A stretch of 64,000 bases of DNA from Haliotis rubra. Taxonomy: Eukaryota. The position numbers were made by a program, and so were the translations under genes. Below, one piece after another: positions 24,751 through 37,662 of this stretch; the first letter of the stretch is position 1; the number at the start of each line of letters is the position of its first letter. The stretch covers positions 1,612,001-1,676,000 of the forward strand of contig NW_025767290.1 in NCBI RefSeq assembly GCF_003918875.1, in the 5' to 3' direction. The notes beneath the pieces are model-generated. The model saw only the letters and a program-made list of their open reading frames with translations, did no database searches and was not told the DNA's origin.

Positions 24751-25544
24751 GATCCCCAGAAAGTAATGATTATACATCTTAAACTAACACCATGAATAGA
24801 CACTATACTACATGTTTCTGCATTATATACAAATCTTAAGTTAAGATCTTGGAAAAGTTACTTCATTTGTTCAGCCTTTGTAAATTTAGCCTTATTTCTA
24901 CTCTTCCTGTTCCTTCGTTACACTCATACAAGTCTCCAGTAATCAAATTTATCCCTTTCATCAAACCAGGGTTGAAAATTCAAAGGCATTTTCTTCCAAG
25001 GCAGGAGATTCCATTAAGGTTGCCCAGAACTGGAGACAAGAGTGTGGAGACTTACATTGTAATACCAGCCCAGCAACTTCTAACACATTCTACACTACAA
25101 TGTCAGAGATATACAGCTTAACACAATAGACTGTAAATATATTATTTATTGAGTGCTTGATATAAATCAATATTGTCCATGTACTTGGTATTAATTGCAT
25201 TGGGCACTTGACACACACAGAAAGAAGTGGCATTATGAAATATTCAGGCATCACAGAGTTGCAGGTTATATTCAAATTGAATTGAAATGAAATTGATTCT
25301 CTTTGAAACCTACTTCTAGGTGCAGTTTATACTTGATATATGTAAACAGACCTCAGTTTTCAGCGTTAAATGCAAGGTTTCAGCATGTAATCTGAATTGC
25401 ATATTTGTGTGTACTTTAAGTGCATCATGGTAATGTGTTTGTATGTATAGAATTCCCTTGACTCCCATATTAATGTTCTGACATTTGGTCCCCTCTATGC
25501 TCTAGAGTCATGTAGGTGGGCATGACATTTGATCTCTTCTAGTT

Positions 25545-26822
25545 CAACAAACCATCCTTTAGACATGGATGTTCATGGAACCATATTCTAGTCATGGATG
25601 TTCATGGAACCATCTTTTAGCCATGGATGTTCATGGAACCATCTTCTAGTCATGGATGTTCGTGGAACCATCTTTTAGCCATGGATGTTCGTGGAACCAT
25701 CTTCTAGTCATGGATGTTCGTAGAACCATCTTTAAGCCATGGATGTTCATGAAACCATCTTTAAGCCATGGACGTTCATGAAACCATCTTTAAGCCATGG
25801 ATGTTCATGAAACCATCTTTAAGCTATGGATGTTCATGAATCCATCTTTAAGCCATTGATGCTTATGGAACCATCTTTAAGCCAAGGATGTTCATGGAAC
25901 ATTCTTATAGCCATGGATGTTCATGGAACATTCTTATAGCCATGGATGTTCATGGAACATTCTTTTAGCCATGGATGTTCATGGAACATTCTTATAGCCA
26001 AGGATGTTCATGGAACATTCTTATAGCCATGGATGTTCATGGAACATTCTTTTAGCCATGGATGTTCATGGAACATTCTTTTAGCCATGGATGTTCATGG
26101 AACATTCTTTTAGCCATGGATGTTCATGGAACATTCTTATAGCCATGGATGTTCATGGAACATTCTTTTAGCCATGGATGTTCATGGAACATTCTTATAG
26201 CCATGGATGTTCATGGAACATTCTTTTAGCCATGGATGTTCATGGAACATTCTTTTAGCCATGGATGTTCATGGAACATTCTTATAGCCATGGATGTTCA
26301 TGGAACATTCTTTTAGCCATGGATGTTCATGGAACATTCTTTTAGCCATGGATGTTCATGGAACATTCTTATAGCCATGGATGTTCATGGAACATTCTTT
26401 TAGCCATGGATGTTCATGGAACATTCTTTTAGCCATGGATGTTCATGGAACATTCTTTTAGCCATGGATGTTCATGGAACATTCTTTTAGCCATGGATGT
26501 TCATGGAACATTCTTGTAGCCATGGATGTTCATGGAACATTCTTTTAGCCATGGATGTTCATGGAACATTCTTATAGCCATGGATGTTCATGGAAGATTC
26601 TTTTAGCCATGGATGTTCATGGAACATTCTTTTAGCCATGGATGTTCATGGAAGATTCTTTTAGCCATGGATGTTCATGGAACATTCTTTTAGCCATGGA
26701 TGTTCATGGAACATTCTTTTAGCCATGGATGTTCATGGAACATTCTTATAACCATGGATGTTCATGGAACATTCTTTTAGCCATGGATGTTCATGGAACA
26801 TTCTTTTAGCCAAGGATGTTAA
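25545..26822. repeat. 29-bp minisatellite (GGAACATTCTTTTAGCCATGGATGTTCAT), ~44 units
   Basis: Direct periodicity. Variant blocks at the left end grade into homogeneous right-hand units. Confidence 0.97.
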
Positions 26823-27368
26823 TGGGTTGTTGCTGCTGTAGACTGCTGAGACCCAGCATGTCAGTGCAACCTCCAAACTTCCACTCCAGTACCTAGCTGC
26901 TGATGCTGAGATAGTCAGTCTACAGATGGAGGGAATATTTATCTTCCATATCTGCCATCTTTCGGTCGGCCAGGTGCACGGCAAAGTATTTTTGCTAGCA
27001 AGTAAAAAATAACACACGCCTGAAGATACGATACTTCACACAGAACTTCACCAACAGTAAACACGACACTGGATACAGAACTGATCTGAACACAAAACAC
27101 ATCTCAGCTAATGAGATTGATTCTGGTCCCGGAAGACTTGTGTCTCCCATACATGCTCAATGTATTGCTATGATTGTTTTTTGGTGAGTACCACTGAACT
27201 GATCTGAAGACTAGCATAAATGTTTTCAGATAAAACAGACTTGTAGGCTAGTACATCCGTGGAACCACAGTCAACAGACATGCGGTGTCAAATCTAGTAA
27301 ACATGTTCACCAGTGACAGTAGTCTTGCTGTTTGCAGACTAGTGCTCTAGTTCACAACAACAGCTTGT

Positions 27369-30300
27369 TAGTCTGTCTCACAGTCCCTGAACCACATTAT
27401 TTTCTCTACAGCCTAGCCCTCCCTGCAATGTAGTCTGTCTCACAGTCCCTGAACCACATTATTTTACCTACAGCCTAGCCCTCCCTGCAATGTAGTCTGT
27501 CTCACAGTCCCTGAACCACATTATTTTCTCTACAGCCTAGCCCTCCCTGCAATGTAGTCTGTCTCACAGTCCCTGAACCATATTATTTTCCCTACAGCCT
27601 AGCCCTCCCTGCAATGTAGTCTGTCTCACAGTCCCTGAACCATATTATTTTCCCTGCAGCCTAGCCCTCCCTGCAATGTAGTCTGTCTCACAGTCCCTGA
27701 ACCATATTATTTTCCCTACAGCCTAGCCCTCCCTGCAATGTAGTCTGTCTCACAATCCCTGAACCATATTATTTTCCCTACAGCCTAGCCCTCCCTGCAA
27801 TGTAGTCTGTCTCACAGTCCCTGAACCATATTATTTTCTCTACAGCCTAGCCCTCCCTGCAATGTAGTCTGTCTCACAGTCCCTGAACCATATTATTTTC
27901 TCTACAGACTAGCCCTCCCTGCAATGTAGTCTGTCTCACAGTCCCTGAACCATATTATTTTTTCTCTACAGCCTAGCCCCTCCCTGCAATGTAGTCTGTC
28001 TCACAGTCCCTGAACCATATTATTTTCTCTACAGAGTAGCCCTCCCTGCAATGTAGTCTGTCTCACAGTCCCTGAACCATATTATTTTCTCTACAGCCTA
28101 GCCCTCCCTGCAATGTAGTCTGTGTCACAGTCCCTGAACCATATTATTTTCCCTACAGCCTAGCCCTCCCTGCAATGCAGTCTGTGTCACAGTCCCTGAA
28201 CCATATTATTTTCTACAGCCTAGCCCTCCCTGCAATGCAGTCTGTCTCACAGTCCCTGAACCACATTATTTTCCTCCTACAGCCTAGCCCTCCCTGCAAT
28301 GTAGTCTGTCTCACAGTCCCTGAACCATATTAGTTTCTCTACAGCCTAGCCCTCCCTGCAATGCAGTCTGTCTCACAGTCCCTGAACCATATTATTTTCC
28401 CTACAGCCTAGCCCTCCCTGCAATGTAGTCTGTCTCACAGTCCCTGAACCACATTATTTTCCCTACAGCCTAGCCCTCCCTGCAATGTAGTCTGTCTCAC
28501 AGTCCCTGAACCATATTAGTTTCTCTACAGCCTAGCCCTCCCTGCAATGCAGTCTGTCTCACAGTCCCTGAACCATATTATTTTCCCTACAGCCTAGCCC
28601 TCCCTGCAATGTAGTCTGTGTCACAGTCCCTGAACCACATTATTTTCCCTACAGCCTAGCCCTCCCTGCAATGTAGTCTGTCTCACAGTCCCTGAACCAC
28701 ATTATTTACCCTACAGCCAAGCCCTCCCTGCAATGTAGTCTGTCTCACAGTCCCTGAACAACATTATTTCCCCTACAGCCTAGCCCTCCCTGCAATGTAG
28801 TCTGTGTCACAGTCCCTGAACCATATTATTTCCCCTACGGCCTAGCCCTCCCTGCAATGTAGTCTGTCTCACAGTCCCTGAACCATATTATTTTCTCTAC
28901 AGCCTAGCCCTCCCTGCAATGTAGTCTGTCTCACAGTCCCTGAACCATATTATTTTCTCTACAGCCTAGCCCTCCCTGCAATGTAGTCTGTCTCACAGTC
29001 CCTGAACCATATTATTTTCCCTACAGCCTAGCCCTCCCTGCAATGTAGTCTGTCTCACAGTCCCTGAACCATATTATTTTTTCCCTACAGCCTAGCCTCC
29101 CTGCAATGTAGTCTGTCTCACAGTCCCTGAACCATATTATTTTCCCTACAGCCTAGCCCTCCCTGCAATGTAGTCTGTGTCACAGTCCCTGAACCATATT
29201 ATTTTCCCTACAGCCTAGCCCTCCCTGCAATGTAGTCTGTCTCACAGTCCCTGAACCATATTATTTTCCCTACAGCCTAGCCCTCCCTGCAATGTAGCCT
29301 GTCTCACAGTCCCTGAACCATATTATTTTCTCTACAGCCTAGCCCTCCCTGCAATGTAGTCTGTCTCACAGTCCCTGAACCACATTATTTTCCCTACAGC
29401 CTAGCCCTCCCTGCAATGTAGTCTGTCTCACAATCCCTGAACCATATTATTTTCTCTACAGCCTAGCCCTCCCTGCAATGTAGCCTGTCTCACAGTCCCT
29501 GAACCACATTATTTTCCCTACAGCCTAGCCCTCCCTGCAATGTAGTCTGTGTCACAGTCCCTGAACCACATTATTTTCCCTACAGCCTAGCCCTCCCTGC
29601 AATGTAGTCTGTCTCACAGTCCCTGAACCACATTATTTTCCCTACAGCCTAGCCCTCCCTGCAATGCAGTCTGTCTCACAGTCCCTGAACCATATTATTT
29701 TCCCTACAGCCTAGCCCTCCCTGCAATGTAGTCTGTCTCACAGTCCCTGAACCACATTATTTTCCCTACAGCCTAGCCCTCCCTGCAATGTAGTCTGTGT
29801 CACAGTCCCTGAACCACATTATTTCCCCTACAGCCTAGCCCTCCCTGCAATGTAGTCTGTCTCACAGTCCCTGAACCACATTATTTCCCCTACAGCCTAG
29901 CCCTCCCTGCAATGTAGCCTGTCTCACAGTCCCTGAACCACATTATTTCCCCTACAGCCTAGCCCTCCCTGCAATGTAGTCTGTCTCACAGTCCCTGAAC
30001 CACATTATTTTCTCTACAGCCTAGCCCTCCCTGCAATGTAGTCTGTCTCACAGTCCCTGAACCATATTATTTTCCCTACAGCCTAGCCCTCCCTGCAATG
30101 TAGTCTGTCTCACAGTCCCTGAACCACATTATTTCCCCTACAGTCTAGCCCTCCCTGCAATGTAGTCTGTCTCACAGTCCCTGAACCATATTATTTTCCC
30201 TACAGACTAGCCCTCCCTGCAATGTAGTCTGTCTCACAGTCCCTGAACCATATTATTTTCCCTACAGCCTAGCCCTCCCTGCAATGTTGTCTGTCTCACA

Positions 30301-31277
30301 GTCCCTGAACCACATTATTTTCTCTACAGCCTAGCCCTCCCTGCAATGTAGTCTGTCTCACAGTCCCTGAACCATATTATTTTCCCTACAGACTAGCCCT
30401 CCCTGCAATGTAGTCTGTCTCACAGTCCCTGAACCACATTATTTTCCCTACAGCCTAGCCCTCCCTGCAATGTAGTCTGTCTCACAGTCCCTGAACCACT
30501 TTATTTTCTCGACAGCCTAGCCCTCCCTGCAATGTAGTCTGTGTCACAGTCCCTGAACCATATTATTTTCCCTACAGCCTAGCCCTCCCTGCAATGTAGT
30601 CTGTCTCCCAGTCCCTGAACCACATTATTTTCCCTACAGCCTAGCCCTCCCTGCAATGTAGTCTGTCTCACAGTCCCTGAACCACATTATTTTCCCTACA
30701 GCCTAGCCCTCCCTGCAATGTAGCCTGTCTCACAGTCCCTGAACCACATTATTTTCTCTACAGCCTAGCCCTCCCTGCAATGTAGTCTGTGTCACAATCC
30801 CTGAACCACATTATTTTCTCTACAGCCTAGCCCTCCCTGCAATGTAGCCTGTCTCACAATCCCTGAACCACATTATTTTCCCTACAGCCTAGCCCTCCCT
30901 GCAATGTAGTCTGTCTCACAGTCCCTGAACCACATTATTTCCCTACAGCCTAGCCCTCCCTGCAATGTAGTCTGTCTCACAGTCCCTGAACCACATTATT
31001 TTCCCTACAGCCTAGCCCTCCCTGCAATGTAGCCTGTCTCACAGTCCCTGAACCACATTATTTTCTCTACAGCCTAGCCCTCCCTGCAATGTAGTCTGTG
31101 TCACAATCCCTGAACCACATTATTTTCTCTACAGCCTAGCCCTCCCTGCAATGTAGCCTGTCTCACAATCCCTGAACCACATTATTTTCCCTACAGCCTA
31201 GCCCTCCCTGCAATGTAGTCTGTCTCACAGTCCCTGAACCACATTATTTCCCCTACAGCCTAGCCCTCCCTGCAATG
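27369..31277. repeat. 62-bp satellite, ~63 units (TAGTCTGTCTCACAGTCCCTGAACCACATTATTTTCCCTACAGCCTAGCCCTCCCTGCAATG)
   Basis: Units start at 27369, 27431, 27493 and onward, with few substitutions between copies. Confidence 0.98.
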
Positions 31278-31399
31278 CTAAAGCTCTAAATGAAGCAAGT
31301 CTAGATTTCCCCAGGTTCAGCCCCAACTCACTGGGGCTCCTTTTCAATTTAAATGGGTTTATTTCTTACTAACAATATTATATATATATTCAGGGACTA
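27369..31399 (+). mobile_element. Dispersed 'TAGTCT' non-autonomous element whose first 62 bp are tandemly amplified
   Basis: The last unit plus 31278-31399 (CTAAAGCTCTAAATGAAGCAAGTCTAGATTTCC...GGGCTCCTTTTCAATTTAAATGGG...CAGGGACTA) is colinear with the reverse complement of 38346-38525. Confidence 0.85.
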
Positions 31400-31637
31400 A
31401 GCAGTCTAGCAGTTTGTCAGTGATCATATGTTTCTGTTTACCACTGATCGTAGAGGTGAAAGCTGATGTAAAATGGGGATTAACATCATGTTGATGACAT
31501 ACTGTCTCTAAGGTGACCAGTCGTAGCTGTACCTACTCAATGCCCAGTACCAACCAGTGATGTCTTTATGTCTATTGGTGTACCTTGTTCTCAAGGCAGA
31601 CTCTCAAGCCACTGCACTATTTCACAAAAAGCCTCAG

Positions 31638-31770
31638 GGTGAGTTTAGTTTTACGCTACTTTAGCAATATTTCAGAAATATCACCTCAGGAAACACAAGA
31701 AATGGGCTTCACACATTGTACCCATGTGGGGAATCGAACAGGGTCTTCGGTGTGATGAGCAAATGCTTTA
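31638..31770 (-). mobile_element. SINE-A, diverged and lacking the extreme head
   Basis: GAAATGGGCTTCACACATTGTACCCATGTGGGGAATCGAAC core. Confidence 0.88.
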
Positions 31771-33669
31771 CACACAGATAAATTGTACTTGTTGTCATAG
31801 AAACAAATCTATTCATCAACAAATAATGTACCATATGGCTCAACAGCTCATCACCATAGCAACAATCACTCAATTAGACCTTGTTCATAATAAATTCTAA
31901 AATTGAAAGTTTCAATTATTTAACTATTATGAAAGTCAAAATCAATAAGTAGACCAATATTTTTATTTTCATGATGAATTCCAAACAATATTCAACCATA
32001 ACACACAAAGAACACCAAGATGTGGTACAGGTACATAAAGGAAAAGCATGTTTCAAACTAATCATTGTTTCTGTTCAATTATCGACTTCATGCCAGTTTT
32101 CGTCATGCCAGTTTTTCATACATAGCCATGATTATTAGTATACATGGCATCTAATGACAGGTATATTCATTGTTTGATTGTTCTGTTATTTATACCGAAC
32201 TAGAAACCATATCATCAGAGACAACAGCAGTGAGAAAACTACATCTCCACGTCACAGGCCTACACCATGGACAACAATACTCAGCAGCAACAACAGCAAC
32301 AACAGCAGCATTAGCTGCAGCAACCTTACCCCTGATGGAGACCTGCTCACAAATAATCTTGCACATTATTAAGATCTATTCCTGCTGCCAGGAACTCTAT
32401 GAGGATTTATTCCATTTCTGTGGTTTTGAAAGGAATGCGAAAAGTTGCCAACATGCTTTAAGAATATAAATACATTAGACCATTGTATTCTGCATCTGTA
32501 CGTCACCCCCGATTGTACGCTCTCTGAATACAGGTCAGCTAAGAAATGGTATACCACTGTGCACAATACTTCATTCGTTTCTACACTTTGAAGTCACACC
32601 ATAACGCATTCTGCAAAAAAAGCAGTGCAATTCTTCACCTGATCAATGGGCGTTTACAGTGGTTTAACACAATCAATGAACCAGCTTCACAACAATGTGC
32701 TGACTCAGTGAATTATTGACAAGATGCTGCTGTGAAAAACAACTAAATTCACATGAAAAACTGTTAAAGGACGTAATTTTGATACCATTGCTCATATCAC
32801 ACTGAAAATGTGCTGGTATATGGGATGGTGAGTGTACAGCTGACCTATAAATGCGTGCATATGTTTGATAAAAAAGATTTCAGCACTGTTGCCTGGGATT
32901 GTGTGAAAACTTAATGATCTATATGAATTATGGTAAGTTTATGGATTTTGAATTATATCCATTCAAGTGACATATTCGGAGGACATTTCTTTGTAGGTCT
33001 ACATCAGTCAACTGAAAATGGAAAGCCAATCCAGCTTGATAATCATAAATAAATTTATTATGACCGTTCAAGTATCAGATATTGATGAACTCTATATGTT
33101 ACATGAAAGTACATTATTATGAGTTTTTGTTCTAATTTGATAAGAACACTTTTTCCACTGCTTGTGATATATTTATCATACAATGGATAGTGTTCTTGGC
33201 AGGATAAAGCCAACGGATATTTTCGGTATCCGTTGGGGTCATATACGGATATCGATGCAAATTAGAGAGGTCATATGCAAATTTCAGGGACTACTTTCAC
33301 AGTGTAAACAAACATGGCAGTTCCCTGAAGGGTCAGTGTTAGCTAGAGAACGTGAGTGAGTGATTTGGTTGAGTGTTAATGAGTGAGTGGGTGGGTGGTT
33401 ATTTTTTGTGGGTATGTTTATTGATGAGTGAGTTGATGTATGTGAGTGAGTGAGGTTTATTGAGTAGAATTCAAGTTACATCATGGCATGTCACCTAAAT
33501 GTTCCAAGAAAACACAAAGCAAAACATGTCTTTGACAGTTACCACTTTGGTGAAACCTATCAACAAGGTTATGGCGCCGACACCAGGAAACATTATCAGG
33601 TAAAATAGGATCTGAACCGGAGAACACTAGTTTCTGGCTTGACCAACACTTAGTCTCTGCCTATATATA

Positions 33670-34272
33670 CTTCTCTTCAACTGACTGACTGAGTTTGGGT
33701 TTTACGCCGCTTTTAGCAATATTCCAGCAACATCACCGCGGGGGACACCAGAAATGGGCTTCACACATTGTACCCATGTGGGGATTCAAACCCGGGTCTT
33801 CGGCATGACGAGCCAACGCTTTAACCACTAGGCTACCCCACTTCCCCTTCTCTTCAAAAGTTTAGACTCACTGAAAAACACTCACTATATGTTATGTATA
33901 TATAATATATGGTCACATCGAAGATTGATTTCTCCACTAACTTTGGGAAACAACTGCAAAATTTATGCAGATGAATTGCACGATGATCATGCAGCAAATT
34001 GCTGAAAAGCATGTGCAGATATCGTGCATGTGAACAGCTGCGTTGAGGTGTAAAGTTTTGTTAAGAATTCACCAATTTTCACTGATTTTTATCATTTACT
34101 GAACTCATGACAATAATCTTTTCAACGTTACGAATTTGTTTTACAATACATCAGTTCACGTGTAAACAGTATCTTCAAACAGTATGGAATATTTTGCAAG
34201 AACTAGTTCAGAACAGTCGCCTGAAGTAAGTGGCTACATTTACACTAGTGAGTCTAAACTTTTGAAGAGAAG
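33670..34272. mobile_element. Tc1/mariner-type MITE (TA TSD), left TIR interrupted by a SINE
   Basis: The reconstructed left TIR CTTCTCTTCAAAAGTTTAGACTCACT is the exact reverse complement of AGTGAGTCTAAACTTTTGAAGAGAAG (34247-34272). TA at 33668-33669 and 34273-34274. Confidence 0.9.
33681..33846 (-). mobile_element. SINE-A, (CAGT)n subfamily, inside the MITE TIR
   Basis: TSD CTTCTCTTCAA at 33670-33680 and 33847-33857. Confidence 0.95.
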
Positions 34273-35259
34273 TATGCATAATTTTGATAATAACAACTAA
34301 TCCCATTTGAATTGAAAAGGAGCCCTAGCAAGATAGGACATTCAGACTGAAGAAATCTAAAGTAAGTTTCCTGTTCTGCAGCTTGTTTGTTTGTTTGTTT
34401 GTTTGTCGTCTGCCCTTCCATGCATCAACAAAGCCACCAAGCCTGACCACCCAATCCCCTTAGTCACCTCTTACAACATGTATGGGTTGCTGAACACCAG
34501 ATAGCAACGGGACATTGAAAATCAGAGTTCCGGAATTCTAGGTTAATGAACCATTTTTATAGTGGGTTTTTATCAAACCTTTTATGCTACATTTCAACAT
34601 AAACAAACACCGACAGACTGTTTACTGAGTAAACAAGGCTGTGTAACTCCAGATTAATGATTCAAAGAATACGCTTCCTGATGCCATGAAGACTCTGAAA
34701 TTAAAAACTTGGGTTATTTTTCAGTAAACTGTCCATGCATCACATCAGTAAACTTGAATTTGGCATGTTTAATTCATTGCCGATTCATCAGCCGAGAATA
34801 CAGGACATCTCTGATAAGCTCCAGTGAGAAATTATTCCAGTTAAGAAGTTAGTTCTGGAAGCTGTTCGACAAAATTGCAGACGGCTGATCAACAATCGCT
34901 GTAAGCATCCATTAATGTGTGAAAGAAAGTGTGAGCAAGTGTTTCGTCAAGCTGAATCATTCTCAGACTGCAATCTAGCTAATCCAGTTAAGCATCATCT
35001 GCACACCCCACAGATGAGGAAGAAGAGATTAGAGGGTATTTCTCCACCGAGAAGCTCCTGGGCTATGGCGTAATGAGTCTCGGCAGAACCCATTGGTCCA
35101 GTCGGACCGGTCAAGTGACCATTCTATTGATTTCTCTTTTCCTGTAGATCAATACTGTTCATATTACATTGATAGATTTATCCAGAATGTGAATTGGATG
35201 GTAATTGTGAAAACCTTTCAATTACCCTCGCCTTCTGTCAATGGGCTGCAGAATTGCCG

Positions 35260-36600
35260 GAATACCAACTTATTATGTCTGTAGCCTTCAGTGTGTCATG
35301 AATGCCAAAACACTGTGTGTCTTTAGCTTTCAGAACGTTAGAAATACATATTATGTCTGTAGCCTTCAGTGTATCATAAATACCAACACATTATGTCCTT
35401 ATCTTTCATTATATCATAAATACCAACACATTATGTCCTTATCTATCATTATATCAGAAATACCAACACATTATGTCCTTATCTATCATTATATCAGAAA
35501 TATCAACACATTATGTCCTTATCTATCATTATATCAGAAATATCAACACATTATGTCCTTATCTATCATTATATCAGAAATACCAACACATTATGTCCTT
35601 ATCTGTCATTATATCAGAAAAACCAACACATTATGTCCTTATCTTTCGTTATATCAGAAATACCAACACATTATGTCCTTATCTATCATTATATCAGAAA
35701 TACCAACACATTATGTCCTTATCTGTCATTATATCAGAAATACCAACACATTATGTCCTTATCTATCATTATATCAGAAATACCAACACATTATGTCCTT
35801 ATCTGTCATTATATCAAAAATACCAACACATTATGTCCTTATCTATCATTATATCAGAAATACCAACACATTATGTCCTTATCTATCATTATATCAGAAA
35901 TACCAACACATTATGTCCTTATCTATCATTATATCAGAAATACCAACACATTATGTCCTTATCTATCATTATATCAGAAATACCAACACATTATGTCCTT
36001 ATCTTTCGTTATATCAGAAATACCAACACATTATGTCCTTATCTATCATTATATCAGAAATACCAACACATTATGTCCTTATCTGTCATTATATCAGAAA
36101 TACCAACACATTATGTCTTTAGCCTTCAGCATGTCAGAAATACCAACACATTATCTCCTTATCTTTCATTATATCATAAATACCAACACATTATGTCCTT
36201 ATCTTTCATTATATCAGAAATACCAACACATTATGTCCTTATCTTTCGTTATATAACAAATACCAACACATTATGTCCTTATCTATCATTATACCAGAAA
36301 TACCAACACATTATGTCCTTATCTTTCATTATATCAGAAATACCAACACATTATGTCCTTATCTTTCGTTATATAACAAATACCAACACATTATGTCCTT
36401 ATCTGTCATTATATCAGAAATACCAACACATTATGTCCTTATCTTTCATTATATCAGAAATACCAACACATTATGTCCTTATCTTTCATTATATCAGAAA
36501 TACCAACACATTATGTCTTTAGCCTTCAGCATGTCAGAAATACCAACACATTATGTCCTTGGCCTTCATTATATATCATAAATACCAATACATTATGTCC
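35260..36600. repeat. 40-bp minisatellite (TACCAACACATTATGTCCTTATCTATCATTATATCAGAAA), ~33 units
   Basis: Exact 40-bp phase over 35381-36560. The long ORFs in all three + frames are artefacts. Confidence 0.97.
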
Positions 36601-37416
36601 TAAATGATAACTGAGTGAAAACAAGAACTAATGTACTGTTACACTTTTATAGAGTGTGTAACACATCATGGGCTCTACACACTGTTACACTTTTTTAGAG
36701 TGCGTAACACATCATGGGCTCTACACACTGTTACGAAGCAGAGAATCAAACCAGGCTACCTCAGCATGATGAGGCAATAATATGACCCCCCACCCCACCT
36801 ACCCCATGGCTCCTAAAAATATCTAGTATTCTTTCCATGTTGCCTGATTTACGGCTCCCCCACGGCGGTACACATATCACCAAATTACAGGTAACTGGCG
36901 CCAATCCTTAGTGTAATATGCAATTGGCATGAAAGCCGTCATAGACCCACTTTACACTAAGCCCCGTCTATACTGCCCCATTACACTTGATGCTCTTTTT
37001 CCTCTTTCCTACAGTGGAGGTGAAATAGTCGGTTATTTGCCTCATTTGCCGACAAAATTGTTTCTTCTTTTACACCCTCCCCAGCAGGTCTTTTGTTATA
37101 GACAATGTTCGAGTTAGGTGTTTAAGGACAGAATTTGGAGTGCTTCGGTACAGTGCTCAAAGGCTTACAAAGCTTCACTGACTCGGAGATACACAGCACT
37201 ATGGCATGAAACAGCCATTAGGAATCATGAAACCATGATATCTGCCAAAACATCATATTTACATTTTAAGGCCACGATGATTCAATCATTAGATTTTCAT
37301 AAAAATGGTGAGGCAGGAGGTATTTTTTGTTTAAATAGAAAGTGTTCTGGGCATCGATGGGGAAGAACCTTTGGTGGATGTGATTTCACCCGAAGCCTCA
37401 CTGTCTTATAGGACTA

Positions 37417-37662
37417 GTGAGTGAGTGAGTGAGTGAGTGAGTGAGTTTGGTTGTAGTGAGTGACCGCTTGTGAGCAATATTCCAGCAATGAGTGAGTGAG
37501 TGAGTGAGTGAGTGAGTGAGTGAGGAGTGACCAGAAATGGGCTTCAGCAAATTGCAATATCATGTGGAGAAATGGGCTTCCATTGTACCCATGTGGAGAA
37601 TCGAACCCGGGTCTTCGGCGTGACGAGCGAACGCTTTAACCATTAGGCTACCCCACCGCCCC
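37417..37662 (-). mobile_element. SINE-A with a scrambled 3' half
   Basis: Intact head at 37580-37662. TSD CTTATAGGACTA at 37405-37416 and 37663-37674. The body is interleaved with (GAGT)n. Confidence 0.85.

Larger units (their letters stand above)
33651..34370 (-). mobile_element. Partial 'TAGTCT' element split by a MITE
   Basis: TAGTCTCTG..TATATA (33651) and ATAATTTTGATAATAACAAC...CCCATTTGAATTGAAAAGGAGCCCTAG...GAAATCTA (34278-34360) match 38346-38440 once the insert is removed. Confidence 0.75.

Noticed and set aside
27369-31277. Tandem arrays as CRISPR arrays (also 18360-19880, 25545-26822, 46468-46989)
   Set aside because: Units are head-to-tail with no unique spacers, there are no cas genes, and the context is eukaryotic.
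35241-36581. Long ORFs of 102-349 aa
   Set aside because: The same peptide appears in all three frames, so it is a 40-bp repeat artefact.
36634-36735. Short direct duplication (~46 bp)
   Set aside because: An ordinary two-copy slippage event with nothing further to support.
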